DNA of 63,917 nt, counting the filler, from Pirum gemmata (lineage: Eukaryota): NCBI GenBank assembly GCA_002812295.1. It is 16 parts of 16 records of this genome, joined end to end, with 100 filler letters (N's around TTAATTAATTAA, not from the genome) between each part and the next. Parts side by side here need not be neighbours in the genome. Positions count along the whole stretch, not along the records: positions 60,368 to 63,917 come from PDIN01002059.1; 15 more parts are not named here. One strand, given 5' to 3'. A model generated the notes under the pieces. That model was not told the DNA's origin, made no database searches, and worked only from the letters and a program-made list of their open reading frames with translations. The position numbers were made by a program, and so were the translations under genes. Shown piece after piece: positions 63,551-63,917 of the stretch (position 1 is the stretch's first letter; each line of letters starts with the position of its first letter).

Positions 63551-63917
63551 GTGACCATTAATATTAAGAAAAGGATTATTAAAATGAAGATGATTACTGA
63601 AGAAGTTATTCAAATCGTTAGCTGCTACAGGGATAAATGTATCATATACATAGCTCATAATTAAATCATTATTTTCTTCATCATCGTCTTCATTATTATT
63701 TTGAGGTATGAGTAGAGTACGACAGTTAGGGCATCTATCTTTAATTCGCCTGGCACAATTACTTTGAACTGAGGCCAAACAAGCTTTATGAAAACAATGA
63801 TCACAAGTTGTCACTATTAGTTCATCTGGTTCAATAGTAGCTAAACAAACGCTACATTCATGTTCTCTTTGTTGGTCTTGTGGTTGTGGTTGTTGTGGTT
63901 GTTGTGGTTGTTGTGGT
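63128..63917 (-). CDS. RING-H2 (C3H2C3) zinc-finger protein, probable E3 ligase, 5'-partial
   Basis: ECSVCLATIEPDELIVTTCDHCFHKACL...RCPNCR; frame open to the window end. A possible gtatgt donor lies at 63135. Confidence 0.9.

Overview
AT-rich, microsatellite-laden eukaryotic (protist-like) nuclear DNA. The window is not one locus: it is 16 unrelated contigs, mostly ~3.7 kb, joined by artificial 100-bp N44-TTAATTAATTAA-N44 linkers, so neighbourhoods across linkers mean nothing. Recognisable genes are mostly partial and spliced, and several are missed by the ORF track: ataxin-3/Josephin N-terminus, MARK/Kin1-type KA1 C-terminus, PDCD2_C C-terminus, SLC6/NSS transporter, RING-H2 protein, Cys-rich EGF/furin-like protein, a protein with six TRF-like Myb repeats plus a TQ-rich tail, a disordered protein with a repeated RRKTxAFSSENPPxP motif, an intronless secreted orphan, and tRNA-Leu(CAA). 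Mobile DNA: decayed LINE RT, inverted-duplicated Ty1/copia RT, an ISL2EU-type DDE + SWIM pair, and at least six MITE families. Best candidate for an undescribed system (inference only): about 20 interstitial TTAGGG tracts sit in introns, next to splice sites and at junctions of partial gene duplications, in a genome that also encodes a multi-telobox-like Myb protein. Also notable: tracts built from short palindromes (CTAG/AGCT/GATATC), a two-module array amplified from the KA1 stop codon/3' UTR, and an AG..CT-ended MITE family with 8-bp TSDs. All calls are by eye; no searches were run.
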